From: Tubiluchus corallicola
Lineage: Eukaryota > Animalia > Priapulida
Direction of reading: 5' to 3'
NCBI GenBank assembly: GCA_030141605.1
Contig: JAQGDQ010000039.1
Span: forward strand, 372,001-436,000
DNA: 64,000 nt
Positions 1 through 20,178 of this stretch are shown here, piece after piece (the stretch's first letter is position 1; every line of letters starts with the position of its first letter). The notes under the pieces were generated by a model. The model had not been told where the DNA came from. It ran no database searches and worked only from the letters and a program-made list of their open reading frames with translations. The position numbers and the translations under genes are program-made.

Positions 1-478
1 ATTTGGTTCAAAAGGTCACAGTCAATTGTGTGACTTGTAGGTCAATGTCACCCCTTTCGCTGATACCCCAAAGACGTGAGTTGCTTTTCAAATTCGCATG
101 TGGTACACCTTAAGAAGGTCCTCAAAGTACAAAGAGGAAGAGAAAGTATTGTGTAGCACCTTCTGTTTCGTTTTCATCTCTGTGGACTGATAGTATTGGG
201 TCAGTGAACATTTTATGTCTTGCCAAACAATGGCGGATGAGGGGTATGAAACACCATGAGCAATTACCATCATTGGCGGTTATGCCAGAATCCCAAAACG
301 CACAGAAACAAAGGAAGCACACCTATTACGTCTTAACAACACTTAACATGACTTCTAATTCAACGTACCAATTGCCTTAATGCTTGCGTAGGTTCATATT
401 TATAACACCCCCTAAGTAAGTACGGGTATTCATGGGATGCACATGATAACGCCGTGGGGCACGGATCTGTCAAGTGCC

Positions 479-576
479 TATATATAATGTACAAAATAGG
501 TCACACTTTCACTTCGTCTGCTAGCTGATGTGCACCTGTTGTCTAGTGGAGTTTGCGCAAACCTGGACAGGTGAGC
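479..576 (+). promoter_or_regulatory. Candidate core promoter and first exon (about 511-570) of the GH16 gene
   Basis: TATATAA at 481-487; Inr-like TCACTT with A at 511 (30 nt downstream); donor CAG|GTGAGC at 570/571. The exon carrying ATG 3220 starts at an acceptor (ttttcAG, 3214), so an upstream exon is required. Linking the two is inference. Confidence 0.55.
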
Positions 577-1735
577 GAATCTTTTTGCTTTATTAATTAA
601 TTTCGAACTGCACGTGCAAATTATCTTACGTCAGAGTTTACTGAAAAACAGATAATCTAGTGTAAGCTTAATGTGCAGCTGGTGTAAAGTAAGAATGGGG
701 CTTACACACGTTTGGCGTTAGTCTTAGAAAAATCGTATCATGCTTTGCAGAAACAATTCTTCCCATGACAACTTTGTCACCCATTTCATTTTCCCGACCT
801 TTTCCAATAAACGATTGCAAAATCAAAAATGAAACTAAAACGTTAAAAAAGAATAACAATAAGGAAGGTAGAATCGACAACAGTAGGCTCTGTCGAGATT
901 GTATTATGGAGGAGCGGCTGAGCCCAGACACTACCGATTTTCACACATTAATTGGAACGTGTTGCTTTCACCAAATTAAGGTACTAAGATACCAAGCATT
1001 TTTTTAAATTAGTTAATTATTACTAAACAGTTATTTAAAGAGACAACAAAAATTAATGATATTTGTCAGACACAACTGAGTTTGCAGAGATATTTTTCCG
1101 AATAAAATTTGAAAAAATTATCAAAAAAGACGTGTCCGGTTCGATAGCAAATCTTATGCAGAACATTCTTATCCTAAGTGCAAATGAGGCAGGCAACTAT
1201 TAACACGCTAAAAACGCGTTTGAAGTGATAGTGATTAAGACTAAAGGAACGGAAAATGGAACTAAAATTGTGGTGCAACACAAATGTAATTTCATAATGT
1301 GTCATTTGGATGGATTACAAATGGATTAAGTCATTTGTATGTGTTTATTACAGTCCTTAAAGTCAATCGTTAAATCAATATTTTGTGCATTAGCTGTATT
1401 TCGTAGTTCTGAAAGCTCACTGTTTCAGTTTTTACGTTGGAAAGTAAGAGTGCTACAGCTGCAAACCTAATTAATGCTACCTGCCCAATGAATTTTGTGA
1501 AATGTTCATTCAGCATCATAATTTTACAAGTTATCATAATTTTCCTAAGAAGATAATTCTTTGTTTATTTTTGTTCACCTTTACCACTCTCTGAACTGCA
1601 GCTAATCCTTTTGTTGTTAAGCATTTCGTTTATAAAAGCTTTATTCTAGTGGTAAAAAGGTTCATATCGTGCAGCATTTTATATGTCATGATAATTACGA
1701 TAATCATAATATAGGTAAGTGGGGTGAAAAAATTA

Positions 1736-3017
1736 AAAATTCATGCGGCACTTTATTCTGCGTAACTGCCACAGAGTCAAAGTATGAAAAGTAGTAAAAT
1801 GTTTGTAATAAAGATTGCAAATTATATTGCAGCAGTAAATATGTAGTATAATAAAGATTAAAGTTGTATTACAGATGACAGGCATGTATACAGTATGTGG
1901 AGACAAGTTTAATGTTATCAAATGGTTTAATTTGCAATATTTTGCGACATTATGACAGAAAGAGCTATCATGCACTTAGCATTCGGGCTACTGTGGATTT
2001 TCTTAGAATTTCTGGATGCCTTTATGCATGTATACATCGACTGTAAACGTTGATATTGATTGATAAAGTTGCCAATTAAATAAATAAATTTCAAATATCA
2101 TATACCAAGATAGTCGGTTTCCGCGGCAATGTCTCAAAAGAAAGGCAGGCACATGGTTCCAAAACGCTTGCATTTGACTTTTAGCATGCTAGATGATAAA
2201 GTGTTGCGGCTAGATATACAGTTATTAAAATCATTCAATATTGCTGGCAGTTGTTTAAACCATTCAGTGCTGTGGTCAGTCATTTAAATCATTCAGTATT
2301 GTTGGCGGTCATTTAAACCATTCAGTGCTGTGGTCAGTCATTTAAATCATTCAGTATTGTTGGCGGTCATTTAAACCATTCAGTGTTGTGGTCAGTCATT
2401 TAAATCATTTAGTATTGTTGGCGGCTATTTAAACCATTTATTGCTGTGGTCAGTCATTTAAATCATTTAATATTGCGGCCAGTCATATAAACCATTCAAT
2501 ACTGCGGCCAGTCATATAAACCATTCAATATTGTGGTCAGTCATATAAACCGTTCAATATTGTGGTCAGTCATTTAAACCATTTAATATTGTGGTCAGAA
2601 AATTAAACCATTCAATGTTGTGGTCAGTCATTTAAACCATTCAATACTGCGGCCAATCATATAAAAAACTCAATATTGTGGCCAGTCATATAAACCATTC
2701 AGTATTGCGGTCAGTCATTTAAACCATTCAGTATTGCGGCCACTCACATAAACCATTCAACATTGCTACAGCTATATCGAGTGCTTCAAAAGTCCCTCAT
2801 TTTTTAAAATCAAACTTAGTGGCATCAAACTTAGCTTTATAAATCCTACTGCAGCAATTTTAATTTACACCAATGTACCAAGCTCTTTTTTATATATAGC
2901 TGTGCAGAAATTCATGTTGTACTTCATTCTGCTTAACTGCAACAGAGTCAAAGTATGAAAAGTAGTAAAATGTTTGCAATAAAGATTGCAAACTATAATA
3001 CACTAGCAAATACGTAG
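1736..3017 (+). repeat. Diverged direct repeat of about 115 bp (1736-1847 and 2907-3017) flanking the minisatellite
   Basis: Both copies share ACAGAGTCAAAGTATGAAAAGTAGTAAAATGTTTG-AATAAAGATTGCAAA and similar flanks. Confidence 0.8.
2225..2762. repeat. 29-bp minisatellite, about 18 copies, with a 58-bp dimeric higher-order unit at its 5' end
   Basis: Consensus about CAGTCATTTAAACCATTCAGTATTGTGGT; CATTCAGTGC recurs at 2261 and 2319 (period 58). Confidence 0.95.
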
Positions 3018-3219
3018 AAACTCTAGAGACCAGAGTCACCAGAAGGAAATGGCGCAAAACTTCAAAAACTCGAAAAATTCTGTCTACTGAGTTAGAGTTT
3101 ACAATAGGATGGACGTCATTGGTCAACTAGCTGCAAAGAAAATTTAAAATCACATTAGTGATAAACTGTGCATACTACTAATTTTTTACTAATGTGTTTT
3201 TGTCTGTTTTTCAGTCAAC

Positions 3220-10885
<7,666 letters not shown>

Positions 10886-11717
10886 ACTACTGATTGTTAA
10901 GTTTAATACCAAACGTAATTCGAATTCAAACTCCTATAGAACCATGTGACACTTGAAAAAAGACTACTTTTCCAGGGTTGCATGTTTGATTATTTTAAAA
11001 AATGCAAAGGTAGGCAGCATTGTGTGCAGTTGCAGAGTGATCATTCTGGTGTTACCCAGCCAGAGCAACTTTACAAATTTACATGATTCTAATTGACGAT
11101 AATATTGATAGTTCAGTAGCAAATTATTGGATAAAATTATAAATGTTGTAGAATGTATAGATAAGGTTTTACTGTTTTTATAATGACAATAAAACTTTTT
11201 ATTATATTGTACAACTTCGACTAGTTGAATAATAAAACATATATTAGTTTTATTAGTAATGTTAATAAAAACTAATTAATACCCGTTTAAAACTGGACAG
11301 GATTAGTTAATGAAGTATTTAATAAAGCAAACTTTCATTATGCTAAACAAGGGTGAAATTTAATTTACAGTGATTCGCTTGCAGACAATTATATACCGTC
11401 AGCTGGCTGCTATGAAACTAAGTGAATAAACTAGAATATAGCACCTACCATTATAATGACGACTACACGTGAATTATCAAACAAAAAAATCAGTAAAACG
11501 CATCAAAAGGAGTTATCTTAAAAACCACGCCAACATCACCATGGGAATCACTCCTGACATTCTCATCATTATAATTAGATTTGTCATCCTTACATTTGTT
11601 GTTATTATTATCACAAAAAACAATAATGAAAATGACGGTCGACAAAACCATATCAACAACTACAAAATATAACAACAGATACACGAACGCCTCTATATAC
11701 AAAAACACTTTGCATTT

Positions 11718-13840
11718 TTGGGAATCGAAAATGATTCCAGTTCTTTTCATATAATTAATATGCTGATAATAATGGCAGAAGACTGCCAACAGGACCAGAG
11801 AATGAACTCATCTTCCAGCGATAATATTTCCGCTGCTTCATGGAATGAATTGGCTGATTTGGTTGGGGAAAACCTAACAAGCAGCCCTTATACACCCCAA
11901 AACTAGGCTCACACAGTTGCACTGTTTACAGCTGTTATGACGGCGATTTTTGATAGCAGCTGATGATGATAGCAGTTTAGAGATGCCCGGTTTGGGTTCA
12001 CCGGTTCCGCTAGAGTTTTCCAATAATAGTGACAGACTCGATGACGACAGCAGTGCAGGAGACGCACTTGAAGCTGACAATTTGATGGGAATAATAGATT
12101 TCATGAATGTAGCCAACATAATTAATATTAATTTACAAAAGGGACTGAAAATAGCTCATCTACATATCCAGAGTCTCTTCGGCAACAATTTAAGCAAACT
12201 GGAATTACAAACAGAGACAGTTTTAAATAAGTTTGATGTCTTAGTTTTGAGCGAGACTTGCTTGACCAATGAAGTACGAAACGACAGCACACAAGTTAGT
12301 GACTGCAATTTTGTCAGACAAGACCGATTAACAGGCAGAAAGGGAGGAGGACTGCTAGTGTTACTAGCTGATTACATCAAATATGCCCATAGAAAAGACC
12401 TTCAACATATAGGATTGGAAATCATTAGGTGCGAAATTCGAACGCATGAAAAATGTGCTCCTATTCTCATTTGTAGTTTTTACAGGCCACCAAATAGTAC
12501 TGCCGAATGTATGACAAAGCTAGACGAAAACTTATCACAAGTACCCAAGTTGTAAATGAAAATTTAGAAATCATAGTACTTAATGATTTTAACATAGATG
12601 TAAGTAAATCTGAAGGAAGAAGCCCAAATTTCATTTATGGAGGATGCTTATCATTTGTCTCAAATTATTAAAAAGCCTACAAAAATTGCAGAAAATTGAA
12701 GAACTGTTATAGATCACATCTACGTTAATAATAACCAGCATGTACGCCAACACGGGACTTTTATAACCGGGTTAAGTGACCACGAAATGATTTTTCTGGT
12801 AAGAAAACATAATGCCATAAAGGAAAGTAATAAGTCAAATTCGCACATGGAAATTTGTTATAGCAATACGAAGAACATTGGCGTACATTCACTCTCACGC
12901 GACTTAGCTCAAATAGACTGGGCCTACATACGTGTTATACACGACATAAATAATGCATGGAAATTTCTATAAGCGAAAATGAGTGACATATTTGATAAAC
13001 ATGCACCTGTGAGAAAGCAGAGAATAAAAAGAGACACACCAGAGTTTATGAGCGATGACGTCATAGAAGCAATCGTCATCGCCAAATGAATCATGCGTCC
13101 AGGGACATGATTCTGTTCACCTTCCTATGCCAGGACTCTCTACTCGCAGCAATCTTTTTTATAGAAGCAATGAGAGTTCGTAATTGTTACGGTAAAAAGA
13201 TTAAAACTAATCCAGGAGCTCAGTATATAATACTGTTTAGACAAGTGAGGAAAAATGTTATGGAAAAAGTAAGGAAAGCAACACGAGTTTCCTTTGAGGA
13301 TGCTATTAATGATTTCTTAGAAAATCCAAAAAAGCTTTAGAAAACTTTGAAAAGGTTGCTACCTACTAGTAAACGTATAATACCATCTCAATAACGCATT
13401 AGTGGAAACACTTGAGTTAACTCATGTGATATGGCTAAAGTTTTTAATTATTATTTTATTAATGTAGCTTCGCACACTGGGAATGTAGTAAATAACGAAT
13501 GTCAGAGTTTTACAAATTGTGAGCTCCCGTTTAGGCCGTACAAATCCGTTATTCAGACACCAGATTTGGGTTTCGTGCTACCTGTGGCAACAGTACAAAA
13601 CGTAACCGAAATCGTTACAAAAATGTCTATTCACTAAGCGGTAAACCTAGAAGGGATAAGTGTTCAAATGTTAAAACTTTCACTTCCAATTTTGGCAGAA
13701 CCATTATCGAAATTAATCAACAGATTTTTTAATTCGGGTATCATGCCAGATAGTTGGAAAACTGTAAGAGTAACCCCAATTTACAAAACTGGAAGCTACA
13801 GAGTAGAAAATTATAGACCAGTACCAATTTTGTTATTTTA
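11718..13840 (+). mobile_element. Dead CR1/L2-group non-LTR retrotransposon ORF2 (APE endonuclease through start of RT), with many stops and frameshifts, 3' truncated
   Basis: APE motifs KIAHLHIQSL, DVLVLSET, RQDR...KGGGLLV, FYRPPNS, DFNID, IDHIY, LSDHEMIF; linker DKHAPVRK, AKVFNYYF; RT start PDSWKTVRVTPIYK..ENYRP. Confidence 0.9.
13074..13160 (-). mobile_element. 87-bp 5'-truncated RTE-type LINE 3' end inserted into the CR1/L2 relic, with an 11-bp TSD
   Basis: Flanked by ATAGAAGCAAT at 13063-13073 and 13161-13171; minus strand reads KKIAASRESWHRKVNRIMSLDA* followed by a short GATGAC tail. Confidence 0.75.
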
Positions 13841-13883
13841 AAACAAAGCTCTCACATAAAGTATCGCCTGTCACAAAATCTTG

Positions 13884-13919
13884 CCACAGTTTTTGACACA
13901 GTCACTAACGTCCACTAGT
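13884..13919 (+). mobile_element. Helitron-like 3' terminus
   Basis: Subterminal hairpin followed by CTAG|T; 32/36 identical to 53289-53324. Confidence 0.5.
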
Positions 13920-13989
13920 TATTAGTTTATTTTGTACCTAATCTTAGCTTGTATAATCTGTTGTATTTTTAACAGACTCTGTATATTTT

Positions 13990-14169
<180 letters not shown>

Positions 14170-14404
14170 AGTGACAACACATACAGTACTAACAACGGAA
14201 TTACAATTACTTTTTACTGTTTGCTCACTACTTTTGAAGCGCAGACTATACAGATGCATTAAATAAGAACCACCAAATAAAAAATTGTAATAAAATGCAT
14301 GTACGCACTTTTAGTCAAATCTGTTTTACTCTTTTTGGTTTTAATTTTTTGTAATAAAAAAGACATAGTTGGTCAAAAAGTCTTAACCACAGTCTACACA
14401 AAGT

Positions 14405-14566
14405 GTATAAAGAGGAAGTGACGAAACAGGCCTAATGTTACATATTTCCTTTTTGCGATTAGCGGCTATGCTGGCGGCATCAAACGGCCATTCAGTGAAA
14501 AATTTGGAGCGCCGCATTGACTGTAATAATAATATTATTAAGTTCACCAGTAGTGTTGGCGTACGT
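14405..14566 (+). promoter_or_regulatory. CpG-richer patch, candidate promoter and non-coding first exon of MRPL51
   Basis: ETS-type GGAAGTGACG at about 14413, a GCGGC cluster and a possible donor GTACGT at 14561. The MRPL51 ATG exon begins at an acceptor (20172), so an upstream exon is needed. The assignment is speculative. Confidence 0.3.
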
Positions 14567-14899
14567 GCAATTTTGATAAGCCAAAATCACTTTTGCGTTT
14601 TTAATAAAAGAAGTATATCTCTATTAAAAGCAATTATTAGTTTAAAAAAACTGAAAACATTTCATGAAAAGGAAAAAAATTGTAGCAATAAGTTTGTAAT
14701 ATGTACTTGCAAATGCCTGTTCAGTTTTCTTGTAAGTAAAATTTTATTGTTTTTCCTGAGGAAAGAGGCTAGCTGACTGCGTGATGGGCTGCTGCTATGT
14801 AAAGAAGTAATGCATTTTTCATTGATTTATTGATTTTTCTCTCCCCCCCTCTCTTAGAGAGAAAGAGGGAGAGAGAGAGAGAGAGTTAAAAGAAAGACG

Positions 14900-16250
14900 G
14901 AACTATGAACTATGAATTTTATTTCACACATCAAAATACAATATTGTACACATAAATAAACAATAAATAAAATAATTTGAGTAGTGTGAGGTGACCATAC
15001 GGTCATTAACACACTCACCTTACTTAAATGAAAATGAAAAAATTATTAAAGATATGCGTGCTTTTGTAGATGACTCAATGAAATTGATGTAATAAAGTAA
15101 ATGATGTAATAATAGCAAGGAAACATAAGAAAAACACAATATGGAATTACGATTTTGATATAGGCGGCGATGAATGAATAATTTCATTTAAATTGATTTA
15201 TACCTTACTAATAAAGTAACAAAGGTCGTAATGGTACCTATTAGCAAAAGAATAGTGCAAAAAATTACCAAATTCAAGCTGTCATATTGTCCATGCATAA
15301 CTCAATATGAGAAAAACATGTAAAATAATAACAATAATACTAAATAAAAATAATAAAAAACAAACTAAATAAAATGAAAAGCAAGCTAGCCAAACAGAAA
15401 TTTAAACAAACTTTCAAATAGGGAACTGAATCAAGCTGCAAAGTACATGCATTAAAATAATACTAAAGAGTCTAATTAATAAACAAAACAAAAGAACATT
15501 ATACAAGTACATTTTTTACACGTAAGCAAACTGTATTTAATGAACATTTATTTTGATGTAAGCCTAACTGAATCTTAAAAAATTAGGCCAAATATAAGTA
15601 ATGTCTGCACATGATATTATAAGGTATTATGACACGCGTGCAGATTCTAATTTATGCTTCTCGCCTGAATTCTTTAACTAGGTTTTGACATAGTTAGTTG
15701 GTTGTTATAGAGTTGGAAGTTATGTCGGTTGCTTAGGATGACAGCTCTGATGTTTCCTTCAGTTATTTTTTGTTCACTGATAATAAAAAAGAGGAGTAAT
15801 GTCGTAGATACATCTCTGCTTGTTCAACGTAATTTTATAACTAACTCCAACTCATAACAAAGGCCAATGTATGATTATATGCTTTTTAAACATTTTTTAA
15901 CTTGGAATTAACAAAACATGCAGATGTTTAGATTAAGTTATGTTCTGGAAAATTATTTGCTCTTCTGAAAAAAATCGATTTTTTTCTATGAAAGGTATTA
16001 CACATGAAAGTCAGGCCTAATATATCTTCAAGTTATATTTCCTGATAAGAACATATGAAATAGAAATGTTTTTTAGAAAAAATATTTCTCCAGAAATCGA
16101 ATACTACATGAGCCAGGTATTCTTTCTTTTGATCAACTTTCTTAACTTCTTTTGTAAATAAGCCTATTAATTTTTATGAGATATGATTATAATAATTTTT
16201 ATTTTAACTACAAATTATTCTTAACGCCTTATGCTTACTTTAAATAATAT
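14900..16250 (-). mobile_element. Highly decayed LINE 3' region (CR1/L2-like)
   Basis: Minus strand ends in AATAAAA-(TTCATAG)n tail at about 14900-14923; only faint RT C-terminal remnants upstream. Confidence 0.35.
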
Positions 16251-16692
16251 TCAAAAAGATAACAGCTGCTATAAATCGTCAAAGAGAGATGTAGGCCTTG
16301 CAGTCTTTGCTTAGGGTACAAAATATTTAACTAGTAACCAAAGTTTCAAAACTGTGTTATAATTAACATTTTATTATAATTACCTGGCTGCATCCTTGCG
16401 AAATTTAAAAAGATATCTTTTTGTGTTTTTGCAACTCACTGCTGAGCAATTTATGAGCGCCTGTTAACCGGGCTGGTTTTGATGGTCTCATCAATTCATC
16501 TGCTACAGTACCCACAGCCTGCGCTGTTGCGTACCTGACAACAACAGGCCGCACTGAATAGCCGCTAGGGCGACACTAACTGCGCGAACTACTGCGCAGA
16601 AGGCTTTCCCTACTTTATTGTGTATACTTTGGTCTACAGCAAGTTCGTTATTGATAACGCGCAAAAGATGTCCCATGTTGACTTAAGGCCCA

Positions 16693-16862
16693 GCTTCTGG
16701 ATTAGTTTTAATCTTTTTACCGTAATAATTACGAGCCTCATTGCTTCTATGACGTCATTGCTCATCCACTCTGTTGTGTCTCTTTTTATTCTCTGCTTTC
16801 TCACAGGTGCATGTTTATAAAATATGTCAAGCATTTTCGCTTATAGAAATTTCCATGCATTA
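16693..16862 (-). mobile_element. Inverted copy of part of the CR1/L2 relic (12951-13219) lacking the 87-bp insertion
   Basis: Reverse complement closely matches TAATGCATGGAAATTTCTATAAGCGAAAATG...AAACTAATCCAG and has a single ATAGAAGCAAT. Confidence 0.9.
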
Positions 16863-16867
16863 ATTTT

Positions 16868-17387
16868 AGCACTAGCTGCATATTCCAAATTAACAAAAGT
16901 TTTGAAAGTAAGAAGATCAGTCTAGAAACAAAATTAAGAATCTTTGCTGCACTTGTGGAAACTATGTTTCTGTATAACTCAGAATTATGGACAATTAAAG
17001 CACAACACGAATCAGAAATTGGTGCATTTCAAAGAAGAATCTACAAGAACATTCTAGGAACAAAATGGCCAAAGAAAATATCAAACCAGGTTCTATATAA
17101 TAAAGTCAACGCAGAGGAATGGATGGATAGGACAAGTTATACGGCTACCAGATAACAGTCCATTAAAGTTAGCTTTCAAAGAAGCACAGCAGAAAGAAAA
17201 GAAACTGCAAGGAGGAGAGCTGCTGACTTACATTAGTTTCATCTAAAAATATCTTATCAACACACCATTAGATATCAAAATTACAGAGACATGGGAGGCT
17301 GTAGGTGAAAGTGATAGGGCAGCATGGAGTAAAGTGATTAGGAGGGTCATGTCAGACAACATGCTACTCCAGAGATAATGATGATGT
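16868..17387 (+). mobile_element. 5'-truncated RTE-clade LINE 3' end
   Basis: KLRIFAALVETMFLYNSELWT...AFQRRIYKNILGTKWPKKISNQVLY, then DRAAWSKVIRRVMS..* and a (TGA)n tail. Confidence 0.8.
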
Positions 17388-20178
17388 TGCAGCCTGTAGA
17401 TTGTCAGTAATCAATTAATAAAGTTAATGAGGTTGCCCGTGATTAAAAAAATTAAACAAGAAAATGGTTTAGAAAAAGTAAATTCTGAATTTTGGCTGGT
17501 AATGCTCTAATTTCATCATCGAGTGCAAGTTACTTATTGAGAATTTTGAGTGTAAGAAAATTATTAAATTGAGTAATGGTACCAAGAGGTAGAGAACGAA
17601 ATGAGTAAAAGTCCACACAATTCTGCAAGGAACACTGTGGGGGGCATGCATGAGGTGTAGTTAATCTCCGGAAAGCGGGAGAGCAGTACTAAACTCAATT
17701 CATCACACTTTGCAAGACGTGAAGAAATGACAACTTCCGGGTTTTATTAACTCGCAGAGCCAGCTTCCCTATGCACAGCAGGGCACACTAGTTCAAATTT
17801 TGTGTTGTGACCAAAATTATAGCTTATCAGCAATGATAGAGGTAGAAGGGCCTTAGCCGCATTCAAATTTATGCAAACAGATAAAACTGCCAAGATCAGT
17901 ATAACAAGAAAAACCACTTGGAAGCAGTTTTCTTGGTGGTCACTAATCCGATTTCTGATTAGGCTAGCCAGTCAGTAACTTTGCTTACTTAAACAATGTG
18001 ATGTCTGGCAATTCTCTTGTCTCTGTTGTATGTAAGCTGCTTAAGTTGCATTGGACAACAACAGGAATCGAAATATAAGGTCAATTTTGGAATGACTGTG
18101 CCACCCACCAACAATGGGCAAATATTGGTGCACAAAGCCTTTTTAAACCCAAGCTAGTTGGCTGTCAGGAGGTACAACTTAACTTCCAGCTCTGAGTTTC
18201 AGGATAACCCTGCCGTTAAGAATAGTAATTTTCTTTGTCTATACCGTGATTCCTACAAGCAACAGTAGATTGTTTGAAGTTTAGAATATCCAAAGCTTAA
18301 GGAATGTGTATTACATCCATTAATAATTTAACAGCCATCTACTAGGGATTTTTTTTTGGAAAACACCAAACTGCATTTTAGTGCTTCATATTTGGTCAAA
18401 ATCTCATCATTTAAATGAGGAATTACTTTAACCTTTATGTCGCTCATTAAAGATTCATTGTTACACAAGCAAATTGGTCGCAATATTCATCGTCATTAAA
18501 GCGAATTGTTGTGAATGCTTTGTTGTTAAGTGAGATCAAGAGAAATAATTGCGTCTGTGTGTAGTTGACAGCTGGCAAACTGTTATGCGAAGTTCATCAG
18601 CCGTACCGGTTACAATTATTTAGCTTTTTGGAGAGTGCTGTACTACATGGTACTAAGGCTGTAACGATAGACCTTTGTGATACATATCATGATACTAAGC
18701 TCATGATATGATACACCATAGTTAATGTTTGCAGGCTTTATAAAGAAGCTAGATGAAGCTGTTGATAATAAATGCAAAACATATTTATCAATTAGTGGTA
18801 TTAGGCTAAATCCTAAAATAACTCAACAAACTATTTGATTTTTATTAATTACTTGTATAATATGTAGCTATTGTTTGGATCGCAAGCCACCTGAGAAGCA
18901 AAACGTATCAATACTTTAGGTTTAAATGCTGCTCGTGCATTTTCTAGTTTCACGTTTGCCATTTCATAAGTTTTTGTACATGCAATGTAATTAGCTATAG
19001 TTTAAACACATTGCATTTTCAAACCACTTTAGCTGTTAGTGGTGGCTCGTACCATTTGAGCTCGTGAGGAAAGACATAAACAATTTTTTTGCGGCTGACT
19101 CTAAGCTTGGAGATTGGCAAACTGTGTAGGAAACTACACAATTTGCAAGTACAGAACAGAAACAGTCTCTCCACTTACACTATGAGAGTTTCTGTAGCCA
19201 AACAAGAGATGCGCAGTTCACTTGGTCACTATCCACAACTTCAAAATCCCCAACTATACAAAATTCCCTGAATTATGTCAAATTTGAACATCTACATATC
19301 TGTAAAATCCACAAAAATGTATGCTGAAAAGAAGACTTGCTATGTATGCCCTATTGGTAAAAGCTTTTTGTTTGAAGCTAGGAGTTTTAATCGCTAACGA
19401 ATAATAATTTACCAGCCAGATTCCACAAAGGAATTCTGCTTGATTACTCTCAACAACAATCCACACCACACGATGTACATACATCCTCCCACCATATCAT
19501 ACCCATCACACCACACCACAAAAAATTATGGTGACAAAACATAAATTGTACCAAAATTGGGTAAGCTACTTGTGCAAACAATTAAAAATTTTACTTTACA
19601 TATATGTGGCTTTTGTATGCTGCAATTTTAGGCATTGAATATCCCGCATATTCGCATACAATTCACAAACACTCCCACATTTTCTGAGCCAAATGTGTTT
19701 CATAGAGTCGGAAAAGGGTCTTTAAAAATCACATTTATGCATAGTTACCCTTCAATTTGGATGTGTCCTGTGTTACAAAAGCCTGCAGCCTAACAGTCGC
19801 TATCAGTAGCATAAGAGATTAACACTCAAAAATGATTGTTCTTTTTTTGTATGTTTATTGCACATGGCAACTAAATGAATTGTTCTCATTTTCAATATAG
19901 TATTGTGTATATTTTAGAAATTTAGCATACAATTTTGCCCTGTCAGGCTGTCACTGTAATTTCTTTCTTTTTAACTGTTGCCTTTTAGACGTGTACTAAA
20001 AACATTTTTATGCTATGTGCTATTAACTTTGGAATTCTATCTTTAAATGCAGTGCTGCAATAGTTAGCAGTAACACTCAATATTGTTATAGCGAATGAAG
20101 ATGTTCCTTACTTACTTACTATATTGCTATAGTAAGTACAAATATTACTGTATTTTACATTTTGCTTTTCAGCATAAC

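Noticed and set aside
1-325. Coding exon at the start of the window
   Set aside because: The short minus-strand ORFs have no recognisable motif and all frames are interrupted; possibly decayed transposon sequence, but unsupported.
2225-2762. 29-bp repeats as a CRISPR array
   Set aside because: Head-to-tail tandem units with no unique spacers, no cas genes, eukaryotic context.
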